DNA of 63,557 nt, counting the filler, from Bilabrum cf. latius (taxonomy: Eukaryota), in assembly GCA_965178125.1 (NCBI GenBank). It is 3 parts of 3 records of this genome, joined end to end, with 100 filler letters (N's around TTAATTAATTAA, not from the genome) between each part and the next. Parts side by side here need not be neighbours in the genome. Positions count along the whole stretch, not along the records: positions 26,803 to 53,341 come from CBCXTV010000032.1; 2 more parts are not named here. One strand, 5' to 3'. The notes under the pieces were generated by a model that was given only the letters and a program-made list of their open reading frames with translations, did not search any database and was not told where the DNA came from. This document shows, piece after piece, positions 42,630 to 53,441 of the stretch. How positions within the stretch are numbered: position 1 is the first letter of the stretch; the number at the start of each line of letters is the position of its first letter. The position numbers and the translations under genes are program-made.

Positions 42630-45562
42630 GGCAGCCTCGAGGACACGCAGGTCAGTGACTGGCGGCAGCGGTGGGCCCGGCCACTTCCGCTCAGTGCTGC
42701 TCGCAAATGCGCTTCGGACACAAGGACAATCGGGAAAATGCATGTACCGGGGCATCCCTGGCGCACTGAAGCACTGAATGCCGGCTTGGAAACACTGTGA
42801 CCCGGCAAGGGGTTTTGCTGTGGCATCCTGTGAACCTCATCCCAGACTGGTGCGGGGCGGCTTTTGCTCCTAGTTCCGGTCCCCATTTCCGGGGCCGGAA
42901 AACGGCCCCAAAACAAGCACGAAAAAAACCGAAACTGACTGTGCGGATCGCTCTTTTTCGGCACGTTTTCTGGGCCGGAAAACGGCCCCGGAAACGGGGA
43001 CCCGACTTCCAAGCATCTCGGGCGTCGGATCCAAGCCAAATTTCGTCTCGCACAGGAGGCGGTTTTCATCACCGGGCGCCACCACCGGCTACAACCTCGC
43101 CCACTCACTGAGCCGCCCACACACAGCAACAGCGAACCGGGACGAGAGAGATGAGAGACGAGAAAGAGAGCGACAGAAACAAGGACAGATGAGAGAAGAG
43201 CGAAGAGACGAAGAGAGAGGAGGAAAGAGATCGGAGAGACAAGAGGCGAGGCAGGAGAGACTGGACGCCCGCCCACCCGCCCGCCCGCCCGCCCGCCCCG
43301 CCCGCCCGCCCGCCCGCCCGCCCGCCCGCCCGCCCGCCCGCCCGCCCGCCCGCCCGCCCGCCCGCCCGCCCGCCCGCCCGCCCGCCCGCCCGCCCGCCCG
43401 CCCGCCCGCGCCAGCGCCCCGTGCCTCCTGGGGCTAAATGATTGGGTTCACCAGACTTTTTGCTGCTACTTTCAGGAATTGACAACTGCTGCAGTCCGCA
43501 TGATTCACCTCAAAAGATGTGGTGCTTTGCGCGCGCGTGATCCTGCCGCAACTTCCCCTTCCGTAAGTATGCCCGGACTGGGCCCGGCCCGGCCCCAGGC
43601 CCGGCCCGGGCCCGGGCCCGGGCCCGGCCCGGGCCCGGGCCCCGGCCCGGGCCCCGGCCCGGGCGCAGGCCCAGGCCCGGGCCCGGGCTCGGGCCGGGGC
43701 TGGGCCCGGGCCGGGCCCGGGCCCGGGCCCCGCCCGGGCCCAGGCCCGGGGCCCGGGCCCGGGCCCGGGCCGGGCCCGGGCCCGGCCCGGGCCCAGCCCC
43801 GGCCCGAGCCCGGGCCCGGGCCTGGGCCTGCGCCCGGGCCGGGGCCCGGGCCCGGCCCGGGCCCGGGCCCGACCCGGTCTCGGGCCCGGCCAGGGCCCGG
43901 CCCGGGCCCGGGCCCGGGCCCGGGCCCGGGCCCGGGCCCCAGCCCGGGCGCAGGCCCAGGCCCGGGCCCGGGCTCGGGCCGGGGCTGGGCCCGGGCCGGG
44001 CCCGGGCCCGGGCCCGGGCCCCGCCCGGGCCCGGGCCCGGGCCCGGGCCCGGGCCCGGGCCCGGGCCCGGGCCCGGGCCCGGGCCGGGCCCGCCGCGCCC
44101 GGCCGGGCCCAGCCCCGGCCCGAGCCCGGGCCCGGGCCTGGGCCTGCGCCCGGGCCGGCGCCCGGGCCCGGCCCGGGCCCGGGCCCGGCCCGGTCCCGGG
44201 CCCGGCCAGGGCCCGGCCCGGGCCCGGGCCCGGGCCCGGCCGGGGCCCGGGCCCGGGCCCGGCCTGGGCCCGGGCCCGGGCCAGGGCCCGGGCCTGGGCC
44301 CGGGCCCGGGCCCGGCCCGGGCCCGAACCCGGGCCCGGGCCTGGGCCCGGGCCCGGGCCTGGGCCCGGCCCGGCCCGGGCCCGGGCCCGGCCCGGGCCCG
44401 GGCCCGAGCCCGGCCCGATTAGGTTCACCAAACATTCTGCTGCAACGTTCAGGAACTGACAGCTCCTGCAGTCCGCAGTATTCACCTCACATCATCGGTG
44501 CAAGAATGTCGATCAAGTGCCTTGCGCGCGTATGATCGTTCCGCAGGTTCACCGACGGAAGCCTTCTTACGAGTTCTCGTTCCTCCAACTGAGTATGGTC
44601 GCCACGCCTTCTGCTGCACTTTTCACGAACTGACAATTGCTGCAGTCCGCACTCTTCACCGGCTCACATTATCGGTAGGAGCGACGGGCGGCGTGTGCAA
44701 AACGCAATCAGCACGAGCGGGCCCGGCCCGGGCCCGGGCCCGGCTCGAGCCCGGGCCCGGGTCCGGGCCCGGGCCCGGGCCCGGGCGCGGGCCCGGGCCC
44801 GGGCCCCGGGCCCGGGCCCGGCCCGGGCCCGGGCCCGGCCCGGGCCCGGCCTGGGCCCGGGCCCGGGCCAGGCCCGGGCCCGGGCCCGGGCCCGGACCCG
44901 GGCCTGGGCCCGGGCCCGGGCCCGGGCCCGGGCCCGGGCCCGGGCCCGGGCCCGGGCCCGGGCCCGGGCCCGGCCCGGGCCCGGGCCCGGCCCGAGCCCG
45001 GGCCCGGGCCTGGGCCCGGGCCCGGACATCTCACATCATGGGCGCAAGAATGTCGATCAAGTGCTTCGCGCGCGTATGATCCTTCCGCTGGCCCGGCCCG
45101 GGCCCGAGCGCGCGGTGCGCGCCCACCGGGCCTCAGCGCGCGCCGCCAGCGCGCGCGACGCACGCGCGCGCGGAGCGCCCGCGCGCGCGGGGGCCCCGGC
45201 CCGCGGCCGGGGCTCCGGGGCCCCGGCCCGCGCCGCACCCCGCCCGCCCCGACCCGGGTGGGCCCAGCCACTCCCCGGCTCCTCCCGGGTGGGCCCGGCC
45301 ACTCCCCGGCCGGACGCCCGCATCCGACCCCCTGCCCCCCCACCCCCCCTAAAATTCGAGAAGGCGAAACACTTCCCTTAGGATCTACTCGAGGAGGCGT
45401 GCACCTGGCTGCTTCTCGCGTGGCGTTTTTTCCCGGCCGCGGCGCTCCCGCGGCGTTTTTTGGTGCTTTCCCCCATACTGTCGTGCGATTTCGTGCCGTT
45501 TTTTTCTGGCTTTCCCCCATATTGTCGTGCGATTTTGGCCTTTTTTCCTCCTAAGCCTGCCC

Positions 45563-45800
45563 GGTTCGGAGTCGGGGGCTGTTTACCTTTAAAAAATTTT
45601 AATAGTTAGAGCGCCCCGCAACTCCGAATCGTAGGGGTAGTTCGGAGTCGGCTCGGAGTCACTCGGAGTCGCTACCCCTCTAGCTCGGAGTCCGATTTGG
45701 GGGTCCAAAACTGGGCTTTTTTGCCACTTTCAGAAAAAAAAACCCAAGCGAAAACGCGTTTTTTTGGCTCAAAAATCGCAAAAAAATGGGGAAAATGGAC
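45563..45800 (-). promoter_or_regulatory. Putative origin of Element 2, second copy
   Basis: Copy of 30903-31140 at +14,660. Confidence 0.6.
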
Positions 45801-46682
45801 ACCCCGCGGCGTCTTCTCGCAAGAGACGTGGCCCCGGGCCGCGTCGGGGCCGGGTCTGGGCCGGGCCCGGGCCCGGCCCGGGCAGGGCCCGGGTCCGGGC
45901 CTCGTCCGGCCCGGGCCCGGGCCCCGGCAGGGCCCCGGCCGGGTCTGGGAGGGGCCGGGGCCGGGCCCGGGCAGGGCCCCGGCCTCGCCCGGGCGGGGTC
46001 TGGGACGGGCCGGGGCCGGGCCCGGGCCGAGTCTGGGACAGCCCGGGCCGGGTCTGGGACGGGCCGGGGCCGGGCCCGGGCCCCGGCAGGGCCCGGGCCG
46101 GGTTTGCAACGCGGTGACATGCTCGAGGCGGCGGGGGGGGGGGGGGGGGGGTATGGCCGGGCGGGGGGGAAGGCGGGCGGGCGGGCGCACGGGGGACGCG
46201 GGCGGGCGGCCGGGCGGGCTGGCCGGGCGGGGGCGGGCGGGGGGCGGGCGGGCGGGGAGCGGGCGGGCGGGGGGGGGGGGGGGGGGCTGGGCGGGCGGGG
46301 GCCCGGTCCGGACCGGGCCCCGGCCCCGACGGGGGCCTGGGCCGGGTCCGGGCCGGTCCCGAACCGGGGCCCGGGCTGGGCTTCGGCCGGCAACAGGAAC
46401 GCACATTCGCCTCGCACTGTTCGCATGGACTCCGCCGCCTCCGAGGCCGCACCACAAACTCGCACAACTCTCTGCGACGACTCCCGCTCCCCCGCCCTGT
46501 GAGCGCTGGCTCATGCTCGGCGTCGGAGGCCCCCGGTGCGCCGCTCATGCTCGACCCACGCATGCGGCGCGAACAAAAAATATGCAGATCCGGAGAGATA
46601 AACATCACTGGGGCTTGGCAAATCGGGCGGGGGTGTGGGCACGGCCACTCCACCCCCCTGCGCTTCGCCTCGCGGCCGGGAC

Positions 46683-48080
46683 CTAGTCTTCCCATATCTT
46701 GACCTTGATGTCCACCGGGCATGAATTCTCCTCGACCCAAGCGCGCGCTTCCATGTCCACCGCGCCGCACCCTTTCCAGAACTCGTTGCTACGGACATGT
46801 AGGTTACTCAAACGCTGTATACACAGCCGTTCATGTAGGTTACTCAAACGCTGTATACACAGCCGGTTCCCGGAACTTTCAAGACCAAGACAGAAATTGA
46901 TGGCATCCATTGGATGGTTTCCGGACGAGATCATAAAAACGCAATGCGTACCATGATCAACGAAAAAAGTCTATAAGGAAAACAGACCCCGCCCGCCCGC
47001 CGACAGGAAAAAACAACCGGCAAATATGTGAGGTTGCAAACGGCTGCGGCTCCTTGTCCCTTCCCGGCGCGACCCGACGGCGCTTGGCGACGAGGCTCTG
47101 GCAGTACTGGGACCTGCCGAGCGGCTGCATCCGGCTGAACCACTTGAATGGCTTCCGCCCGACAGCTTCGACAATTAGCTGCCGGCGTGGTGACCGGGCC
47201 GTCTGCAAAGCGGCTGGCCGAGCCGCTTGGCGCAGCGTTTGTGCCGCCGCCTCCCCCTTGGCCGCCGGAAGCAGAGGCGACAGAGTCTGACCCCCTTGTG
47301 CACGGAAACAAAAGCGCGGTCCCTGGCCTCGCCTACTCGCGGATGCTCAGCGCTCCAAGCGGGGGCTCGGCCACACCGCCTACGCGCGCGGAACCACTTG
47401 AAGATCAACGCCCGACAGCTTCGACAATTAGCTGCCAGCGTGGTGACCGGGCCGTTTGCAAAGCGCCTGGCAATTGCAGGCGAAGGCTCCGTTCGGGGGG
47501 GACGACCTGCTGGCGAATTCCGCGCCTTCTGCTACCCCAACGACAAATTCGATGTCGTCCGCGGCCGCGCGCCGCAGCGTATGAATCTGCAGCAGGGCCG
47601 CGGGTATGATAAGAGGCGGGAGTGGCGGATCCTATGACGCGTGTGGTGGTGTGTGGCTGTGGGTGTGCGTGTGACAGGAAAAAATCTCTCGACTATCAGC
47701 GTCCGAAGACGGAGCCCCCAGGGAGGCATCTATCAAATTATGATCTCGTCGACAAACAATCAAAATGGATGCCTCAGCAACGGGACCACATAACAGAATT
47801 GTGCAATGCAAATGACTGCTGTTTCCAATTTGCAATTCTTGGAGCACTGATCAGGGTCGCCCGCAGGCATGCCAACTACCATCTGACGAAAAACAACCCC
47901 GCCATGCAGAGCAAGGTGAGCGACCGGCTTCACACTGCATGCACACGCAGGAATGAATAAAACGCGCTCCACTCGAAGGCAATTTGACTCACCCACATAC
48001 CAGATGCCTGCAGACGAAGCGAAACATACAAAATCGCAATGCGCTGGGGGCAAGACGATGGCCAAAAAAACTCCGATGTG
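46683..48080 (-). pseudogene. rep: Decayed rep, second copy
   Basis: Copy of 32023-33420 at +14,660. Confidence 0.65.
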
Positions 48081-49118
48081 TTTGACCGAGCGTTCATTTG
48101 TTCAGTGGCACCAGACCGCGAACGGATCCCCCCCCGTCCAAGGGGGGGGCCACAACCCCAGACGCCTGGTCCGCGCCTGCAGCACGACCGCGAAGAAAAG
48201 GACAGTCCGTGCAAACCGCCGGCAAAGCGTCGCCGCACAAGCTGCTGTGCTGGCAACACCACTGCAACAGCGGGGGGCCCGGCGTGGTTCGAACGATGGG
48301 GGGGCACGGCCACTCTCCTGGCAGATCCGTCGGGGTGCGGCCAGGCAAGCACCTCCACCTGGTCGCAGCCGGAGGCGGACGCATCGCCATCCGCGTCCCC
48401 GAAGGGGAGTGCGGACCAACCGTACGCTTCGGCATCAGGAGCAGGGACTACCGTCTCGACGCCGGACGCCATCGGCGCCTGAGGATTCGTATCGCATTCG
48501 AGGGTTGAGGGCCGCGCAAAATGCGCTCCTGGCCGGAAGGTATGCGGCACAGACGGAACAAAGAGGCTGCATGTGGCATGCCATGACAACCTGGACACAC
48601 TTTCACGAATGCGCAGCAGCTGCACGAATGGGATGTTCGGGCCGGGGCCCGGGCCCGCCCCCGGGCCCCGGCCCCGGCGCCGGCCCGGGCCTGGGCCGGG
48701 GCCCCGGCCCCGGCCCCGGCCCCGGCCCGGGCCCCGGCCCCGGCCCCGGCCCGGGGCCGGGGCGGAGGATGAGGTGAGAGTGACCTGGCGCACAGTGGCA
48801 CACAAGAGTGCCATGACGAAAACGGACACATTCTGAGAAACGCTCAGCATGCCGGGCCGGGCCCCCGCGCCGGGCCCGGGCCGAGCCCGGCCCCGGCCCG
48901 GCCCGGGGCCCGGGCCGGGGCGCGGGCCCGGGCCCGGGCCCGGGAGGCGCGCGGCGAAGCGGTCGGGCGGGCACCGCCCGGCCGCAGCCAGGGGCCCCGG
49001 CGCGCAAACGGGGGATCCCACAACATGCTTTCGCCAAGGGTCTTGTCGCTTCTCGGCTCACATGCGCGCGCTGTGAACTCCCACTCTCTTTCCGGCAGCC
49101 GAGGGCAATGCAGGCAGG

Positions 49119-51024
49119 TCAGTACATCGCGCCGGACCTTGTCCGGCGAGGGGCGGGGGGCTCGGCCACTCCTGCCCTGGCGCCCGCGGAGGCGCCCGCG
49201 GAACTCGCCGCGACAGGACCGGACTTTGCTCTTGCGAGCGGCGGCCCCAGTCGCCTGGCGACCGGGACAGGGCGAGCCACAACGGCAGCAGCCCCTTCAA
49301 GCCGTCTCCGAAGGAAGCGCCGAGGGGGCCCAAGAAGAGACTGAAGCATGAGCGGAGCCGGTCGCCCCAGGAGCTCCGCGAAATCCTCCGGCGACGGCGG
49401 CGCCAGAGGCAGCGGCAAGGTCGTACCCAAAGCATCAGAGATGCGCGATCGGAGAGTCGCGCCGGGTCCGCGCAAGCCGTTGGCCCACATGCGCCCCGCG
49501 CTGTCTGTGTCCACCACATGCTGCCGCATCGCGGCCGCAGCGATATCGATCCACCGCCCTGGAGGCAAAACGCCGTCCGCGCTCTCTGCCCGACAAGTCG
49601 TCTGCCCGGAGCTGATGGCGGCTTTGAGGTGTTGGAAGACATGCGTGTCGAGCGGCTGCAACAGCCAGGTCATGGATGCCGGGACGAGCGCGACGAAAAG
49701 GCCCAGGCGCGCGATGTGGTTGACGACTTGCCACGACAAGTGCTGCGGTGCGCAGTCCATGACCAGGACCACTGGCCGACCAGGATGTACCTCCCTGCAA
49801 GCTCGACGAACCCGGGTCAGGATGCCGCAAAAGACCGGCCCGGTCACCCAGCCCTTCGTGCCAGGGATGTGCACCAATGGGGCGGCCAAGACCGCCAGTC
49901 TCTCTCGATCGGCTCGTGTCATGCGCTCAGTGTGTGGCAGGAGGATCTGGGGCAAGCGCGCATGGACCTCGGGGTCGTCGGCAATCGCAGCTACATAGGT
50001 CATGTGGCCTCTCGCTTCCCGCAGACTGATGCGCGCATACCGCTGCCGACCCACAGCGGCTAACTTCCCCACACAATGGCCTCGTCTTGGAGCCATTCCT
50101 CGCGAAATGGCCGTTTCGTCGAGGTTGACGACAATGTAGGGCTCGTCCCGAAGGACCCCGAAGCGCAGCCACTGGCACCACTGGAAGAAGGCCGCGACCT
50201 GGGTCGCCCAGGAACGGAAATCTCGGCTGATTTTTCCGAAAACAGGTCCCCGTTTTTGGGGCCGTTTTTTGGCCCCAAAAATGGGGACCCCCTATTATGC
50301 GGACAATAGGGTGGCCCCATTTTTGGGGCCGTTTTTCGGCCCCAAAAATGGGGCCAAAAACTGCCCCAAGAATCGGCCCAGAATTTCGCCCACGGACCTT
50401 CCGGCTCTGCATCTCGGGGGCTACAGCGGAGCGCCAAGGCATGATCCGCAACCGGACGTGCCACCTCTTCCGAAACCTCAGCGCCCAATTCTTTCTGAAC
50501 CCGCCCCGCCGCAGTTGCGCCACAAAAGCGGGGTACCGGCCGCGCCGCTCTGCGACTGGCCAGTTCTCGACCAACCACTTCGCCACCTCCGCGACTTTCG
50601 GCGAGGAGCCCCTCGTGTTAGCATCGTTGATGCGGAGGACGACACGAGCCTCAGCGACGACCATCGCGGCCCGCCAAGCGAGCCGACTCTGGACTGCTGC
50701 CTCCAAGTGGCCCGTCGCGACGCTCACCACACTCGCCAGCGCGAGGGCGGGCGGTGCGGGGGCCCTCGGCCCGCAACCCGGGCGCGCGCGCTTGCCACAT
50801 CGATTTTGCATGACATGAGTAGCGATGAGATCCCATTCACTTCCCTCATGGGACAGGCTTTGGGCGACGCGCAAGAGCACCCAGCGAGAAAACGACAGTC
50901 GCTTTGGCAAGGCATGCTCCCTCGCTCGCCTCGTTGCTCGCCGCCCTTCTCTCTGCAGCTCTTGCACAATTTCCTTCTGCGCCCTGATCATCGCTTCTAG
51001 CTCTCTGCGGGCGACGGCAGGCAT
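49119..51024 (-). CDS. pogo-like transposase, second copy (intron 50199-50397)
   Basis: Copy of 34459-36364 at +14,660. Confidence 0.88.
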
Positions 51025-51916
51025 GCTGGTGAGGGCAGGCTGACGCGAGGAGCTTGGGCCCAAGGGCGCTGCATGCCCGTCCCTGCTTCACCATGTGGCC
51101 CGCCCACCCAGGTGGGCCTCTCCACCGCGACCCCTTTCTTACACACACTCATCGTCTTCCTCTTACCCTGAGCGACATGCGTCCCACACCTAACTCAAGA
51201 CATGGTGTGCCTGAGGCGTCGCCTGGCGTCGACGACAGCAGCGCTGACACGAGACCGGGCGGTCTTCCTGAGCGCCACCGTCATCTTATGCAGGGCTGTT
51301 TTGGTCTCTTGGCGCGCCTCCCGAATCTTCGCCGATGCGCCGATGTGCTTCACTCATGCGCTCCATCTCCGCTACCATGACTGAGTCGCCTCCGGGCGTC
51401 AAGACTGTTACCTGTGGGGGCTGGCCAAACCAGAGACACGAAACCCGGACAAGAATGTTACTGGACGGGGGAATGAAGCCATGTCACACTCACTTTTAGT
51501 TGTCCTCTGACGCTTAGTCTTAGTCCTAGCCCTACACGCACTCGCCTTTGCACTCGACTGCGGACAACGTTGGCACGCTCATGCACACAGGTGTCACTCA
51601 CGGAACGCAGGAGAAGATGCGCAGACGCTTATCTGGAACGGCCGCGCCTCCTTGTTGGAAAGATCTTGCTCTGAGTCTGACGCCTTGTGCAGGGAAACAA
51701 AAGCGCGGTCCCTGGCCTCGCCGTACTCGCGGATGCTCAGCGCTCCAAGCGGGGGCTCGGCCACTCCGCTTTGTTTGCTTCACTCGCGCCCGGTGCGGGA
51801 AATGCCCGAAGACTCGAGCCCTGGCGCCTCACCTCTCAGTGGGCCGGGAAAAAAAGGCCGCCCTCTCGGGGCGGACCGGTGCCGACATCTCGGGACTGGC
51901 GACTGTCGCCGGTTCC

Positions 51917-52460
51917 TCAATCAGCGCGCTCCTCTTCCTCCTCTTCCTCGCGGGGCCCGTCAGGGCCGGGGTGGACCTCGCTGCTGCTGGCGGCGCCTGT
52001 CGCCGTCGAAGGCCCACTGCCGGTTGACGCCGCGCCCTGGGCTGGCGCCACCTCTGCGGCGCGCGCCGCTGCAACGGCCTCGAGCTCCGGCGCGGTCCAC
52101 TTCTTGGCCGCAGCGATCTCGAGCAGATCTTCCAAATCTAGTCTCGTCGCCCTGCGCATGAGGCGTTTGTGGCGCCGGTTCCCCTTCGCTATTGTCTTTG
52201 GGGGCGACATGGGGATGACACCTAGCTCATGACATGGACTGTCTGGGGCCGGACCCTGGCTCCGGGACGGAAGTGCTGACATGAGACGGGGCGCTCCCTC
52301 TTGAGCTCCACCCCCATCTTATTCATGGCCTTTCTGGCCTCTTGCCGCGCCTCCCGAATCTTCGCCACAGTGGCGATGTGCTTCCCTGATCCGGCGCATC
52401 TCGCCTTCCGGGCTGAGTCGGCATCGGGCCTCCGGACTCGAATCGGAGGCGGGTGGCAAA
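51917..52460 (-). CDS. Small coiled-coil protein, second copy
   Basis: Copy of 37257-37800 at +14,660. Confidence 0.55.
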
Positions 52461-52996
52461 AGCAAAAGCCGGAAACCCGCTGAAGAATGGCTGAGGTGGG
52501 AAGCATTTGGCCACTAGCCTCGTGTCCGCAGTACATACACACAGTCGTCACTTCCACGCTCGCCACAGAACCCTGGGAGGCCACGAACCTCGGCCGCTAG
52601 GGCCCGCTCACTCAAACGTTCCGGCCCTGGCCCCAGGGCCCGGCCCCATGTCTGACGGAGAACCCTGGGTGGCCACGAAGGTGGGCCGCCCGGGGCCGCA
52701 CCACCACACGATCAGGCCCAGGGCCCGGGGCCGGACCGGGCCCGGCTAGGGCCCGGGGCCTGGCCACTGGCCGGGCCCACATGGGGTCGACCAGACCCAT
52801 GGCAAATGCGACGCATGCTGGTATGACAAGGCACTCGAATGACTGATGCTTTCTGCCACCAGAACCCGCGCGCCCCGGCAACCTCAGAGATGTTGCGGCG
52901 CGCGACCGGCGCGCACTTGCAAGTGAAAGGGCGCGGCAACGGCCAAGGAGTGGACGCAGGGGCACGGCCACTCTGCATCAAAACGGGCGCCTGGGC

Positions 52997-53341
52997 CTAG
53001 CGAGCGCTCTCTTCCCAGATCTTCACCGCGCGGGCAAGGGCCTCCTCTCGGATCTGCCATTCCCGCGACCAAAAGGTGCAGGCCTCGCACACCTGGCAGT
53101 TACTTGGTGTCAGGCTCATGGGGGTCAAGTTCGCCACGCCAGTGAGCCGGAACGCAGGGCAGCTCGTCGCCACCTCCGCGGCAACTCTCGCGCAGGCCAT
53201 GCTCGTGTGCCGCCCCGACTTGCACAGGAGCACCACCGTCAGCTGTGTCCCGTTTGCCGTCCCCTCGCGCATGGCCGCCAGCATCGCGAGGGCCGCGGGC
53301 TGCACGACCTGCCGGAAGTTGGCATGGCACACGATGGGGCC
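52997..53341 (-). CDS. 3' end of the glycosyltransferase/RapZ-C-like gene, second copy, truncated by the gap
   Basis: Copy of 38337-38681. Confidence 0.7.
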   Translation of the reverse strand, partial: GPIVCHANFRQVVQPAALAMLAAMREGTANGTQLTVVLLCKSGRHTSMACARVAAEVATSCPAFRLTGVANLTPMSLTPSNCQVCEACTFWSREWQIREEALARAVKIWEESAR

Positions 53342-53441
53342 NNNNNNNNNNNNNNNNNNNNNNNNNNNNNNNNNNNNNNNNNNNNTTAATTAATTAANNN
53401 NNNNNNNNNNNNNNNNNNNNNNNNNNNNNNNNNNNNNNNNN
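53342..53441. other. Artificial assembly gap/linker
   Basis: N44-TTAATTAATTAA-N44. Confidence 0.98.

Larger units (their letters stand above)
26803..53341 (-). mobile_element. Element 2: 14,660-bp unit in a head-to-tail repeat (~1.8 copies)
   Basis: Every ORF in 26803-38681 recurs with identical translation at +14,660. Both contig ends fall inside the unit. Confidence 0.9.
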
